Counted from the stretch's first letter, positions 17,208 through 27,405 are shown. The stretch: DNA of 64,000 nt from Thermoplasmata archaeon (GCA_035656275.1 DASRSW010000076.1:12740-76739), one strand, 5' to 3'. Program-made: numbers and translations. The notes: generated by a model not told the origin, from the sequence alone.

Positions 17208-17325
17208 TCGACAGCCCAAGTGCCATAGGCCTTGAGTCGCGTGATTGGGACGGAGCCGCCCAGATGCGGGGCCCGCCGACGAATCGGTCCTCTACCTTGC
17301 CGGGCGAAAGCAGGCATCCGGACCG

Positions 17326-19644
17326 CTATTCGACTTTGTCATTGGGCGGGGAGCCCGAATCCGGCGCGACTCCCTCATCGCCGGCTGGCCGGGCACCCGA
17401 ATCATCCGAATTCGACGCCCGGCGACGGCGGCTGTAGATCACCCATGAAACCACTCCTCCCCCTGCCGCCGCCAGCACGAGGCCAACTCCAAGCAGCAGC
17501 CATTGCGTGGGTGTGAGGCCGCTCGAATGGACGGGGGTCGGCTGTGTCGGGAGCGCGTTGACGGTCAGCACGAACGTGGATACGCGCGTGAATCCGACCG
17601 AGTCGCGGAGTGTGAAGGAAACCGTGAAGTTTCCGGGGGTGGCGAAGGCGTGGGTGCTGTTCGGGCTGAACGAAACGGCCCCATCGCCGAAGTTCCATGT
17701 GAGATTGTAGGGTGTGGTTCCGCCGGAGGCAGTCGACGTGAATCGAACGGTGGTGTTCACAACGGTCGCTGTAACATTCGCGTTGGCCACGACGATTGGA
17801 TCCGGGTGAACCAGCACGTTGAGTACGGCGCTGTCGTTCACACCCAGCGCATCGGTGACCGTCACCGAGGGCGAGAATGTCCCCGCCCTTCCGAAGGCGT
17901 GGGATGCATTCTCGAGCAGGCTGACGTTGCCGTCGCCAAACTTCCAGACAAAAGTAAACGGCGCCGTCCCGCCCGCCGCGGTCCCATTAAAGAAGTCGCG
18001 AGTCCCCACGTCCGTGACGTTGCGCGCCAGGGTACCCGCGGCGACGGGGGAGGGGTTCACGCGGACGGTGACCGACGCATTCGCGGCAATACCCCTCGCA
18101 TCGACCCCGACAAAATGCGCGGTGTAGGTCCCGGCCGCCCCATAGATATGGGCGACCGACTGAACATCGCTGAAGTTTCCATCTCCGAAGGTCCAGTTGG
18201 AAATGATCGGCGCCGTTCCACCCGTCACGGAAACCGTGAACAGCACCGGCACCCCCGAAGTGACTGGGTTCGGGGCTACCGCGGGAATCGCCGTCGGGTC
18301 GGGGTTGACCTGGACTTGGCGGGTTGACGTTGCGTTGGCGCCAACCTGGTCACTGATCTTCTCCGTCACCAGGAACGTCCCCGGCTGGCTCGGCCGGCAC
18401 GAGAAGTTGAACGCCCCGGTAGGCTGAGCGCACCCCGGCGGGACGGATTCAAACCGCGCAGTGTAGGGGGAAACTCCCCCCTGGGCGGAGGATCCGATAG
18501 CGACGGTCTGATTCAGGTCGATCGTACTACTCGAGAGGGTAAGCACTTGCGTCAGCGGGGCCGATTCGAGCCAAGTGTCGGTCATCGTCCCCGATAGGGT
18601 AACGCCCCCGAACATCAAGGTGTATCCATCTGCGCCATCGTAAGTCATCTGGGCCTCATCCCTCGGGGGCGGGGCGTGGGCGATGAATGGGGTCTGGTTG
18701 GTCCAGGAGCCGTTGGAGTACGCCCAGGTATAGTTTCCGGCAACCCCGCCCGTGAGCAGGATCCCTTCACGGAACGCTGCGTCGTAGGAAAAGCCCGTAG
18801 GAACACCGGCGGGGGGAAGGACCGCCGGTGTCTGATGGGTCCACTGGCCCTGAGTGAATGTCCACATGTCGCCATAGACTTGGGTCCCATCCGGCGAGAT
18901 CCCCCCGAAGAGGACCATCCGCGAGAGCTGCGGATCGTAGAACAGGGCTTCGTGTTGGCGGTTGGGAACGGAGTAAGTCGTTGACAGTTGTGTCCACGTC
19001 CCGTTCGAGTACGTGTAGGTCGAGCAATCGATCCCGGCGGACGGCAACACAAGCAGCACCTTCTGGAGCGCTGGGTCGTACGCCATCCCAGCCCCGGTGC
19101 CAGAGTTAAGGGTCTGGTTAACGGACCGTTGGGTCCAGTTACCGCCGGAGAAAGACCATGTCCGGCCCGTAGCATTCAGCATCAGGACATATTGGTCCGC
19201 CGCGTCGTAGGTCATTGGAACCAGGTTGTCGGCGGCCGGTTCGGTCGCGCACTTTGGAGCCGAGGTAGACCCGGAGCAAATCTCTCTCCACGTACCGTTC
19301 GCGTAGCTCCACGTATCCGGCAGGTAGGGACCCGTTCGAGGCACGCCCGAGAACAGCAGAACATAGTGATCGAGGGGATCGTAGGTGACTGCCGCGCCGG
19401 ATCTTGCTCCCGGACCTCCCGATACCGTCCAGTTCGTCCAGTTCAAGTGGAGGTTACCCGAAGCGAGCGGCGCCTCCGCCTTCAAGAGCGAGGAGGTTGC
19501 CGCTGACCGCGGCGACGTGCCTGGGGATTGGGTTTGAGTGCAGGAGAAGGTTCCGAGGCCCTGAGCTAGGACCAGTAGGACAGTGATCAGTGCAGGCAAG
19601 TGGGTGGCTTTCGGGTGGGCCGGCAGGATTCCGGGACCCCGCAT
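17326..19644 (-). CDS. Kelch-repeat propeller plus one Ig-like repeat plus ~4 PKD domains; surface protein with a C-terminal TM anchor
   Basis: Track ORF of 772 aa. PKD signatures are WTFGDGNFS, WKFGDGNVS and WNFGDGAVS. The TM is WLLLGVGLVLAAAGGGVVSWVIY followed by RRRR. N-x-S/T sequons are numerous. Confidence 0.9.
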   Translation of the reverse strand: MRGPGILPAHPKATHLPALITVLLVLAQGLGTFSCTQTQSPGTSPRSAATSSLLKAEAPLASGNLHLNWTNWTVSGGPGARSGAAVTYDPLDHYVLLFSGVPRTGPYLPDTWSYANGTWREICSGSTSAPKCATEPAADNLVPMTYDAADQYVLMLNATGRTWSFSGGNWTQRSVNQTLNSGTGAGMAYDPALQKVLLVLPSAGIDCSTYTYSNGTWTQLSTTYSVPNRQHEALFYDPQLSRMVLFGGISPDGTQVYGDMWTFTQGQWTHQTPAVLPPAGVPTGFSYDAAFREGILLTGGVAGNYTWAYSNGSWTNQTPFIAHAPPPRDEAQMTYDGADGYTLMFGGVTLSGTMTDTWLESAPLTQVLTLSSSTIDLNQTVAIGSSAQGGVSPYTARFESVPPGCAQPTGAFNFSCRPSQPGTFLVTEKISDQVGANATSTRQVQVNPDPTAIPAVAPNPVTSGVPVLFTVSVTGGTAPIISNWTFGDGNFSDVQSVAHIYGAAGTYTAHFVGVDARGIAANASVTVRVNPSPVAAGTLARNVTDVGTRDFFNGTAAGGTAPFTFVWKFGDGNVSLLENASHAFGRAGTFSPSVTVTDALGVNDSAVLNVLVHPDPIVVANANVTATVVNTTVRFTSTASGGTTPYNLTWNFGDGAVSFSPNSTHAFATPGNFTVSFTLRDSVGFTRVSTFVLTVNALPTQPTPVHSSGLTPTQWLLLGVGLVLAAAGGGVVSWVIYSRRRRASNSDDSGARPAGDEGVAPDSGSPPNDKVE

Positions 19645-19646
19645 TC

Positions 19647-21890
19647 CTATTCTCCCCGGATCCTTTCGCGGGGCCTGGGAGCTCCACCACGCAAGGCAGT
19701 CGCGACACGAATCGCCTGCGGCATGGCCTGGGGTTCCGGACGGAGTGCGACACGACTGAATCCCGCCGCGAGAAGCCCGGCGGCCGTGGCCTGGAGGGAG
19801 AGCGGCGTGCCACCCGCAGACGTTAGCAGGGCTATCGGTGACGAAACGGGTACTGGGGACGCCACTGGTGAGGGAGGCGTCGGGACGGGCGGGCCCAACC
19901 CAGGCGGGGGCGGCGGCGATGTGGAGGGAGGTCCCGACTGTGTGCTCGGAATCGGAACGACAGCGACGAGCGCCGGGGGATACGAAACCCCACGAATGGT
20001 TGAGTTACCGTAGGGGTCGAATCGGAATTCCGTCAGGTTTGCCACCACCGAAGAAGACCCGTCCACCATACAAACGACAGTTGTGCACGCGTCGACCGCG
20101 ACCTGGGCAGGGGGAGGGGTGTTAACTGCCACGTAGAAGGAGGCGGACCACTCGTCCCCCAAGAACAGAACGTCGTTGAGTGGGTTCGTGCTCCAGCTCC
20201 AGTCCACGGAGGCCACTCCCCCGGTTTTGACTGTGAAGTTCACGACGCCGGGCGGACAAGTTGACGGTAAACCCCCACGGACGCACGCCGTCACGATGGG
20301 TCTTGACAGGTCGACCCCCACCCCCTTCCAAGGGACAAACCGGAACACCGGCCGGTCCAGCCAGTGAGTTGGTCCGTAATGGAGAGTTGAGTTGGACGAG
20401 GAATTGTAGTCGAACGGCATTGTGATCACTTCCGCACGTAGGCTTACTCGAGCGTCGATCACCCCCGCAGGACAGTTCGGCACGGTCACGCTGCAGACGC
20501 TGGTAGGTGTGACGGAAATAGTGAGCGAGATGTTAGACGGGGCGATTCCGAGGATCCAGGTGTCACCTAGGTTCCCAGTCGAGTAAAGAGGAAACGGAAC
20601 GCAGCACGCCCAGCCCCCGAAGAGCAGCATTCCGCCTTCCGTTGGGTCAAAAGTGAATCCCGCCAGCTGCCGACCCGCTGGTCCTTGGATTCCCAGGTCG
20701 ACCCAACTGGTCCCCGTGAATCCCCACGTGACGTTGGATTCGTAGCCGGTCGTCCGGTCGGCGCCACCGAAGAACAAGACGATCCCGTCGATGGGGTCAA
20801 ATGCGGCGACCGGGTGGAGCTCAAAGGGCGTTCCGACATTCGGAAGTTTCGTCCAGCCATTTCCGGCGAATTCCCAGGTAGCGTTCGAGCCGGCCGTAGG
20901 CGACTCCTCCACTAGCAGGACTTTGCCCGCGGTGCCGTCATACGCGAGGGCCCCTTCCGGAACTTCGTACGCCGAAGGTCCCCCGGAACTGAGCAACTCC
21001 GTCCACGATCCGCGAGAAAAGCTCCAAGTGTCGTTGTAGCCCCAGCCACCCCAGAGCAGAACGGCCGTGGACGCCGGGTCGAACACCATGAACGTCCCAC
21101 TCCGAGCTGGGGGGCCAGAAACGTTCAGCTCCGTCCAGGCACCTCTGGAGAACTTCCACGTCTCTCCCGAAGGATAGTGCACCCCGTTCGAGATGTTCTG
21201 GAAGAATCCTCCAAACGCCAGAACGTACCCGTCGGTCGAGTCATACGTCATTGCAGGTGAGCAAACGTTGGTAGGGCCCGGAATCGAAAGGTTCGTCCAG
21301 ACTCCCGCCGAGTAGATCCAGGAGTCTGTCAAGCAACGACCATTTCCGACGTTGGACTTGTTTGCAAAGGTTCCCCCATAGAGGAGAAGGTAACCGTCGG
21401 CGGCATCGTACGCCACTCCCGGCTGAGTCCGATTCCCCGGCGTCATCGTCGGAAAGAGCTCCTTCCAATCGGCTCGCAGTGGGGAAATGAGAGGGTTGGG
21501 ACCAACCGATCTCTCGGGTGTTGGAAGTAGGCATGCTGACTGAACCAGTGGAGTTCTCGAAGAAGGGCAGATCGCTTGGGAGGGTACGTCAATCTTCGCG
21601 TCACTCGTCGCGTGGTTCGCCCAGAGTGGGATTCCGCGCAAACTCTGAGTGTTGGCGTTCCAAACGAACTCGGTGGATACTAACACCATGAAGACCAGCG
21701 TACAAAGTGCTACAGCTCGAAACACGCTGTGCGCTCTGGGAGCCGAGAGGTGGTGAATTCGCCTACGCTCCGGGATCCGCTTCCAGCGGCCACTCAGCTT
21801 GGGTACAGCTTCCCCCTGATCAAGGGGTTGGGCCGGGCGGGTGCCAGACGACGCCAAGGCCGAAAGACTGGGGCGAACCTCCAATGGCAT
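19647..21890 (-). CDS. Kelch-repeat propeller surface protein with a beta-rich C-terminal region, a Pro-rich stalk and a TM anchor
   Basis: Track ORF of 747 aa whose stop lies 2 nt before the start of 17326..19644. Blades carry FGG...D[TS]W motifs. The stalk is PPSTSPPPPPGLGPPVPTPPSP. Confidence 0.85.
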   Translation of the reverse strand: MPLEVRPSLSALASSGTRPAQPLDQGEAVPKLSGRWKRIPERRRIHHLSAPRAHSVFRAVALCTLVFMVLVSTEFVWNANTQSLRGIPLWANHATSDAKIDVPSQAICPSSRTPLVQSACLLPTPERSVGPNPLISPLRADWKELFPTMTPGNRTQPGVAYDAADGYLLLYGGTFANKSNVGNGRCLTDSWIYSAGVWTNLSIPGPTNVCSPAMTYDSTDGYVLAFGGFFQNISNGVHYPSGETWKFSRGAWTELNVSGPPARSGTFMVFDPASTAVLLWGGWGYNDTWSFSRGSWTELLSSGGPSAYEVPEGALAYDGTAGKVLLVEESPTAGSNATWEFAGNGWTKLPNVGTPFELHPVAAFDPIDGIVLFFGGADRTTGYESNVTWGFTGTSWVDLGIQGPAGRQLAGFTFDPTEGGMLLFGGWACCVPFPLYSTGNLGDTWILGIAPSNISLTISVTPTSVCSVTVPNCPAGVIDARVSLRAEVITMPFDYNSSSNSTLHYGPTHWLDRPVFRFVPWKGVGVDLSRPIVTACVRGGLPSTCPPGVVNFTVKTGGVASVDWSWSTNPLNDVLFLGDEWSASFYVAVNTPPPAQVAVDACTTVVCMVDGSSSVVANLTEFRFDPYGNSTIRGVSYPPALVAVVPIPSTQSGPPSTSPPPPPGLGPPVPTPPSPVASPVPVSSPIALLTSAGGTPLSLQATAAGLLAAGFSRVALRPEPQAMPQAIRVATALRGGAPRPRERIRGE

Positions 21891-21923
21891 GACCGGCCCC
21901 CTTTCAAAGAAGGCCGGGGTTCA

Positions 21924-24900
21924 TTAAACGTACATGCTGCTGTCGTTCCAGTAGGGCTTTCCATTGGGATTCGGCGTATTGAAGTACAGCCACGATCCAC
22001 CGTTTCCAGTGCCAATCGCTCCCGGCGCCGGGGCTCCCGGAGCGTAGTACCCTGTCGCAGCGGAGCCTCCGAAGAGGGTCACATATCCGTTGGGTCCCGC
22101 GTTTTGGTCAAAGGCCATCCCCATCCCCCATTCGGCCGGTGGAGCCCACGTAGTCGGAGCTCCTGTCCAAATTCCGACGTGGTACCGCCAGGTGTCTCCG
22201 AGGGGAATCCCGCCGACGGTAGCACCACCGAAGAGGATGACAATTCCGTCCGTCAGGTCGAATGCGATGGCGGCATCGTAGCGGGGAGCCAGTGGGCCCG
22301 AGGCACTCACTTGAACCCACCCGGTGGAAAGTGTGAATCGCCAGGTGTCTCCAAAGACCACACCCCCCGCCCCTTGTCCGCCGTAGAGGACGACGTACGC
22401 ATCCGTCAGGTCAAACGTCATGGCCGGTCCGAATCGCGCCGTCGGAGCGGTCGGAGTGGTGACGAATGTCCAAGCGCCGGTGATGAACGACCACGTGTCG
22501 CCGCACGCGGGGGCGGCGGCGCCCGTGCACCCAAAGCCCCCGAATAGGATGACCCGAGAATCGACCACATCCCACGTCATGCCGACGTCGGAGCGGGCCG
22601 AAGGCCCCGCGATCGCAAGCTGCGTCCATGTAGCCCCGTTGAAGGTCCAAGTGTCCGCCAGGGTGAGCGGGGGGACGCAAACGACCACGACGGCTTTACA
22701 GCCGCCGAAGAGGACGAAATACCCATCCACGGGGTCGAACGACAATCCCGCATCCCACCGAGGGCCCGGGCCGCACCCGGCGCAGAACTCCCTCCATCCG
22801 CCGTTCGTGAACAACCAAGTGTCGGACTGCCCCGAGAGGGGTCCACAGGGCCCGATGATGGTGTTCTGGCAGCCCCCAACGAGAAGCACCGTATTCCCTG
22901 CCGAATTGGCAGCAAGGCTCGCACCGTACCTCGGGGCGGGCGCTGGGGACTTCGGGATTTGATTGAGGATAGGAGCGGGGTACCAGTTGCCGGCGTAGAA
23001 GCCCCAACCAAACTCTCCCATCAGCTTGATGGCCGGCCCAACTCCTCCGAACATCAGGACGTATTGGCCGTCGAGGTCGTAAGTGCTGACGGCATCGTAC
23101 CGGCCAGGCGGAGACGTCGTTGGAGTGATCTTGTACCAGTTTCCGGCAGCGTACCCCCACGTGTCCGCATACGGGCACGTCGAGCCGCACCCACCGAATA
23201 AGACGGCCTCATTGTCGACCTCGTCAAACGACATCGTAGAGCCCCAACGGGCGGCGGGCGGGGCCGTCGTACAGGAGGCGGTCAAACACTGGGTCCAGAC
23301 ACCGCCCACGAACGTCCAAGTGTCCTTGAGCGGACAAGTCGTTCCGCATCCGCCGTAGAGTAGAATGTACGAATCCCGCTCGTCCCAGGTCATTGCGGCC
23401 CCGTAACGACCGGGAGGGCCAGATGTGGGCCCCGCCGCCCAAATGTATCCGGCCGCCGGGCTGCCAGTGAGTTCCCACGTATCGTGGAGCGGGCAGGTGG
23501 CCGCGCCGCATCCACCGAAGAGCACCGCATAACCGTCCGTTTCATCGTACGCGAATGTCGCGCCTTGCCGAGCGCTCGGCGGCCCGGCCCCCGTCGGAGT
23601 CTGAGGGGTCCAGACGCCCGCGGCGTAGGACCACAGGTCGTTGAGGAGGGTCCCCGAGGTCGACAGACCGCCGAAGAGCACGACCGAGTCCGTCCCACCA
23701 CTCGGCGTAATGTTGGTCATGCTCGCGTTCATCCGTGAACTAGGAGAATTCGCGGCTGTCAGAAGCGGGGTGTTCGACACCCACATGTAGGTCGGTCGGT
23801 AGGCAGCGAAATCCCAGGTCGAAGCATTTCCGCAACTGCTCCCGCAGCCCCCGAACAGCACGTCGGTCTTGTCGTTGAAATCGCGTGTCATGGTGGCGCC
23901 ATACCTAGCAGACGGGAGCGGGGGCGGCCAGAGTTCTCCCGCGAACGCGCGATTCGGCGAGTGCGAAGCCAACCAAGTGTCCCCGATAGATAGTCCAGTA
24001 TCGGCCGAACCGCCGAACATGACCTCGCCGCCCGAGATCCCCACTAGCGAAGTGTCGTACCGCGGTGGGATCGGGGCGGCGGGCGACGGGCGGAAGAACC
24101 CATTGATGAACGCGACGTACCCTGGAGGTGCCATGAGCTGCTGCCAGCCATTCGCGCCGGCTAGCGTGGGGTAGATCCACCAGTCCCCGCCATGGACATC
24201 GGTGGCGTTACCGAGAATAGTTCCGTCCGGGCCGGCGCCGCCGTAGATCAGCAAGCCATAGTCCGTCGTCACGGTGTTGTAGAAATACGAGGTCCCGCCC
24301 GGGTAGTACCTCGGAGACGGACAGATTCCGGGTCCGGCGCTACAAGAAGTCGCACTCAGCAGCTGCGCCCAAGCCCCCGCAGTCCAGTACCATGTGTCAT
24401 TAAGCGCACCGTTCGGGCAGCCACCGGAACCCGACGAGCACCCTCCGAAGAGCAAGACTACCGCGGTCCCTGAACTGACCTGCGCCGTCGGGACCGGCAG
24501 AGCCGGAGAAACCACGATCTGGGCGTACGCCATCGCCATTCCATAGCGACCCGCTGGCTGGGGCGACGGGGTCAACTGGGTCCAAACCCCTGCGAGGTAC
24601 TTCCAGGTCTGTTGATACGGACAGGTCGTCCCACATCCCCCGAATAGGAGGACGTAGCCATCCCCCTTGTCGTCGGCGAGTCCGGCGGCGTAGCGGACCG
24701 CGGGCTTGGTGGCGGGGTTGACATTGGTCCACGTGCCCACGAGCGCGGCAGGATCAGTGTAGTACCACGTGTCCTGCTTCATGTGCGAGGCCGTGCTGTC
24801 GCATCCGGGCACGCTTTGAATCCAACCGGGCGGCGAGACTGTGCACCCGCCAAACAACAGGGTGTAGCTGTCCTCACTGTCGTAGACCATGCTCGCATCG

Positions 24901-25496
24901 TGACGAGCGGACGGGCAGTTTCCCGCATGCGCACAGTTCAGGGCAGTCGTGACGTTCCACCACGTCCCGGCGACCTCGTTGTACTGCCAGGTATCACCGA
25001 AGACGTCACCGGTCGAATTCGCCCCTCCAAATAGCAGTGCCCCCTCGACGGTTCCATTCATGAAGAGGGCGATCGCGGCCCCAAACCGTGCTGCTGGGGA
25101 TTGCAAGTGCGGGAACACAGGAGGAGGCGGCCCGACCAACGGATGAGGGGAAGTGCGCGGCACGCTCGCGGAAGAACAACTCATCCCGCCGCCGGAAGAA
25201 GAGCAGGTCATCGGGAGACCAGCGGCGGGACCTTCGCCTCGGCCAAGGGAGGATATCGCCTGTGCCATCAATGTGGTGCCGGGGCGCGCAGCGGAGCCGA
25301 GAACAAGGTGAGACTGTGCCGACGCGTGACCAACCGAGGGCGGAATCGCTCCGGCGGGAACGCAGAGCAGCGTAACGATAAGTACCGACCCTAACGCCCC
25401 GGCGAGAGTAGTCCGAACCCTGCGCCGCCAGCTCGACCACCCAACCTGCCTGGCCCTGCTCGTCCCGTCAACCGCGGCCTCCCCCTTCGCCCGCAT
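21924..25496 (-). CDS. Giant multi-propeller Kelch-repeat protein (~18 blades), with an N-terminal anchor and no PKD, Ig or C-terminal anchor
   Basis: Track ORF 21924..25640, with the ATG at 25496 preferred because it precedes RRRVRTTLAGALGSVLIVTLLCV. The [GNSAH]DTW[xFY] blade motif recurs about 18 times (GDTWQY, QDTWYY, NDTWYW, HDTWEL, KDTWTF, ADTWGY, SDTWLF, GDTWRF and others). Confidence 0.9.
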   Translation of the reverse strand: MRAKGEAAVDGTSRARQVGWSSWRRRVRTTLAGALGSVLIVTLLCVPAGAIPPSVGHASAQSHLVLGSAARPGTTLMAQAISSLGRGEGPAAGLPMTCSSSGGGMSCSSASVPRTSPHPLVGPPPPVFPHLQSPAARFGAAIALFMNGTVEGALLFGGANSTGDVFGDTWQYNEVAGTWWNVTTALNCAHAGNCPSARHDASMVYDSEDSYTLLFGGCTVSPPGWIQSVPGCDSTASHMKQDTWYYTDPAALVGTWTNVNPATKPAVRYAAGLADDKGDGYVLLFGGCGTTCPYQQTWKYLAGVWTQLTPSPQPAGRYGMAMAYAQIVVSPALPVPTAQVSSGTAVVLLFGGCSSGSGGCPNGALNDTWYWTAGAWAQLLSATSCSAGPGICPSPRYYPGGTSYFYNTVTTDYGLLIYGGAGPDGTILGNATDVHGGDWWIYPTLAGANGWQQLMAPPGYVAFINGFFRPSPAAPIPPRYDTSLVGISGGEVMFGGSADTGLSIGDTWLASHSPNRAFAGELWPPPLPSARYGATMTRDFNDKTDVLFGGCGSSCGNASTWDFAAYRPTYMWVSNTPLLTAANSPSSRMNASMTNITPSGGTDSVVLFGGLSTSGTLLNDLWSYAAGVWTPQTPTGAGPPSARQGATFAYDETDGYAVLFGGCGAATCPLHDTWELTGSPAAGYIWAAGPTSGPPGRYGAAMTWDERDSYILLYGGCGTTCPLKDTWTFVGGVWTQCLTASCTTAPPAARWGSTMSFDEVDNEAVLFGGCGSTCPYADTWGYAAGNWYKITPTTSPPGRYDAVSTYDLDGQYVLMFGGVGPAIKLMGEFGWGFYAGNWYPAPILNQIPKSPAPAPRYGASLAANSAGNTVLLVGGCQNTIIGPCGPLSGQSDTWLFTNGGWREFCAGCGPGPRWDAGLSFDPVDGYFVLFGGCKAVVVVCVPPLTLADTWTFNGATWTQLAIAGPSARSDVGMTWDVVDSRVILFGGFGCTGAAAPACGDTWSFITGAWTFVTTPTAPTARFGPAMTFDLTDAYVVLYGGQGAGGVVFGDTWRFTLSTGWVQVSASGPLAPRYDAAIAFDLTDGIVILFGGATVGGIPLGDTWRYHVGIWTGAPTTWAPPAEWGMGMAFDQNAGPNGYVTLFGGSAATGYYAPGAPAPGAIGTGNGGSWLYFNTPNPNGKPYWNDSSMYV

Positions 25497-25808
25497 GCCC
25501 TGACCTCTTAGGTCGGGGGCACGCGGACTCACGAGTTCCCGGAAGTCTCCGACTCCTGGGTGTACCCGACCGTGTGATGACGTAACACGCACCACTATAT
25601 GGACCTGCTGACGACGCGTCCAGTTTTCTATGGTGAACACATGCTGATAACAGGATGTAGATGCGGTTCACGATTTCCGCCGCCTGAGGTCCCGAATGCA
25701 CGCGAGCAGCTATTTTGGATTGCGACACAATAGAGAAGAGCGGTCCCACACCTCGCTAGCGTACTAGTTGTCTCGAGTATTCGGAGGGGAAACCTGATCG
25801 AGCAGCCT

Positions 25809-26423
25809 CTACTCGCGAGCCTGCGTGTTACCGTGCGCCCTGCGAACTCGAAGGTCCGGAGCCCCTAGCCGGTCGCGGAGCTTCTCGTGGAGGGCGCGGA
25901 GCGCGAGGACCTTCTGTTCGAGGTCCTCGAGGATGACGCGGTTCACGCGAGCGCGGAGCTGCGACTCGGTCTCGCCGTTCGCGGCGTAGGAAGCGAACCC
26001 GCTGCGGGCCGACTCGAACGACCCCGCGTTGAAGACGAGCTGGCCGGAGGCCCAGGCGCGGCCGGCCTCGGGCGACGGGGAGGCGTCCTCGTCGGCGTGG
26101 GCGATCTCGGGCGCGGCGTCGGGACGGCGGGGAAGTTCACTCGCCGGGGTGAATCCAGAGACCTCGGCGAGCTTCACCCTGGGTCTGGCGGACGCTCCTG
26201 CGCGATAGCTCCCGAAGTCGGGCGAGTGCTCGCGCAGGTAGACGGGGTAGGGGCGCGGGGCTCCGAAGTCGACGACGTAGCGGATCTCGGGGTCGCGGGG
26301 GATCGGCTGGTTGCAGCCGCAGGAGCACTTCCTGGGCCACCGGTTGCCGGTGACGGTCCGGAGGCGGGGCCCGGTCGGCGAGGGCTGTTCGGGTGTGGCG
26401 GATTCGATGATGCTGGAGGGCAT
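25809..26423 (-). CDS. Family A hypothetical protein, copy 2
   Basis: Track ORF of 204 aa and a close paralog of 4292..4906. Its start codon lies inside the palindrome at 26421-26456. Confidence 0.8.
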   Translation of the reverse strand: MPSSIIESATPEQPSPTGPRLRTVTGNRWPRKCSCGCNQPIPRDPEIRYVVDFGAPRPYPVYLREHSPDFGSYRAGASARPRVKLAEVSGFTPASELPRRPDAAPEIAHADEDASPSPEAGRAWASGQLVFNAGSFESARSGFASYAANGETESQLRARVNRVILEDLEQKVLALRALHEKLRDRLGAPDLRVRRAHGNTQARE

Positions 26424-26456
26424 CGTTTCACCTCGCGGGAGAGGGGTGAAACGATG
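26421..26456. promoter_or_regulatory. Palindromic element, copy 3
   Basis: CATCGTTTCACCT, cgcgggagag, GGGTGAAACGATG give 12 bp plus one G-T pair. The mirrored plus-strand ATG (26454) opens only an 11-codon ORF. Confidence 0.8.
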
Positions 26457-26505
26457 GAACTCACCTGCAAGCCGTTACATTCGCCCTGATTCATGTCGGC
26501 GGTCG

Positions 26506-27198
26506 ATGTCCGAACCCCTCCCGTCGGATCGACTCGAGTTCGACCTCTCATCCGACGCGGCTGGAGAGTCAAAGGCTCAGCGCTCCTCGATTGGACCCAT
26601 CGTCGGGACGTACGTCGTCGCCGGCGTCGCGATCGTGGCGCTGGGGGTCTTCACCCTTACCGGGTCGATCGTCGGCACGACTCTCGAAGGGTGGGCTGCG
26701 ATCGTCAGCGGAATCGTAATCGTCGCCGGGGGAACCGTCTACGTTTCCTTGTACCTCGGGAAGGACGAAGTGATTCGCCTCGCCGTCGACGGCCGTGGCC
26801 TCACGTTCACCTGGACGAAAGGCGAAGCCACCTCCCTCGCGTGGTCCGACCCGGGGCTGAAGGTGGACCTGAATCACTTGGAAGGGGATCCAACGGAGGT
26901 CCTGCCCGCTGACGACCCTCGCAATCAACGGCCCTGGTGGATCGACGTCTGGAAGGCCGGAGCCTCGACCATCGCATTGGAGACGACCCTACCGGAGGGT
27001 GCCTACCGTGCCGTCCTCGAGGAGGCAGGTCGAAGGGTGCCGGGGGTCCAGACCACGCCCGCGGCCTACTTCTGGTGGCAACCCTCGCCGAGAGTTCCGG
27101 GTGAAGTGCATCACCGGTCGGGTTCGAAGCTCAAGCCCGGTGAGCGCACGAACGGAACTATCACCCGAATCAGAGGGACTTCGGCGCACGACAGATAG
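26506..27198 (+). CDS. Family B hypothetical 2-TM membrane protein, copy 2
   Basis: Track ORF 26311..27198, with the ATG at 26506 (MSEPLPSDRLEFDL). It is a 230-aa close paralog of 4990..5682. Confidence 0.8.
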   Translation: MSEPLPSDRLEFDLSSDAAGESKAQRSSIGPIVGTYVVAGVAIVALGVFTLTGSIVGTTLEGWAAIVSGIVIVAGGTVYVSLYLGKDEVIRLAVDGRGLTFTWTKGEATSLAWSDPGLKVDLNHLEGDPTEVLPADDPRNQRPWWIDVWKAGASTIALETTLPEGAYRAVLEEAGRRVPGVQTTPAAYFWWQPSPRVPGEVHHRSGSKLKPGERTNGTITRIRGTSAHDR

Positions 27199-27240
27199 GA
27201 CCAGGAGACCCGAAGAGTTGCCGCGCGCCGGAATCTCCGC

Positions 27241-27405
27241 CTAACGGATCTCCGGTCCGCGGAGGATCGGCTGATCGCAACCACAAGAGCACCTTCGAGG
27301 CCGCAGGTTTCCGGTGACGGTGCGGAGGCGGGGGGCTCCGGAGGCAGGGGCGTCGGTCGGCGTGGGGCCGTCGGCGTTGGCGGGTTCGATGTTGCGGAAA
27401 GGCGT
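27241..27405 (-). pseudogene. Truncated family A copy (N-terminal 54 codons only; start codon ATG changed to ACG)
   Basis: My own translation is TPFRNIEPANADGPTPTDAPASGAPRLRTVTGNLRPRRCSCGCDQPILRGPEIR*. It keeps the TVTGN..CSCGC motif, and no ATG, GTG or TTG is in frame. Confidence 0.5.
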
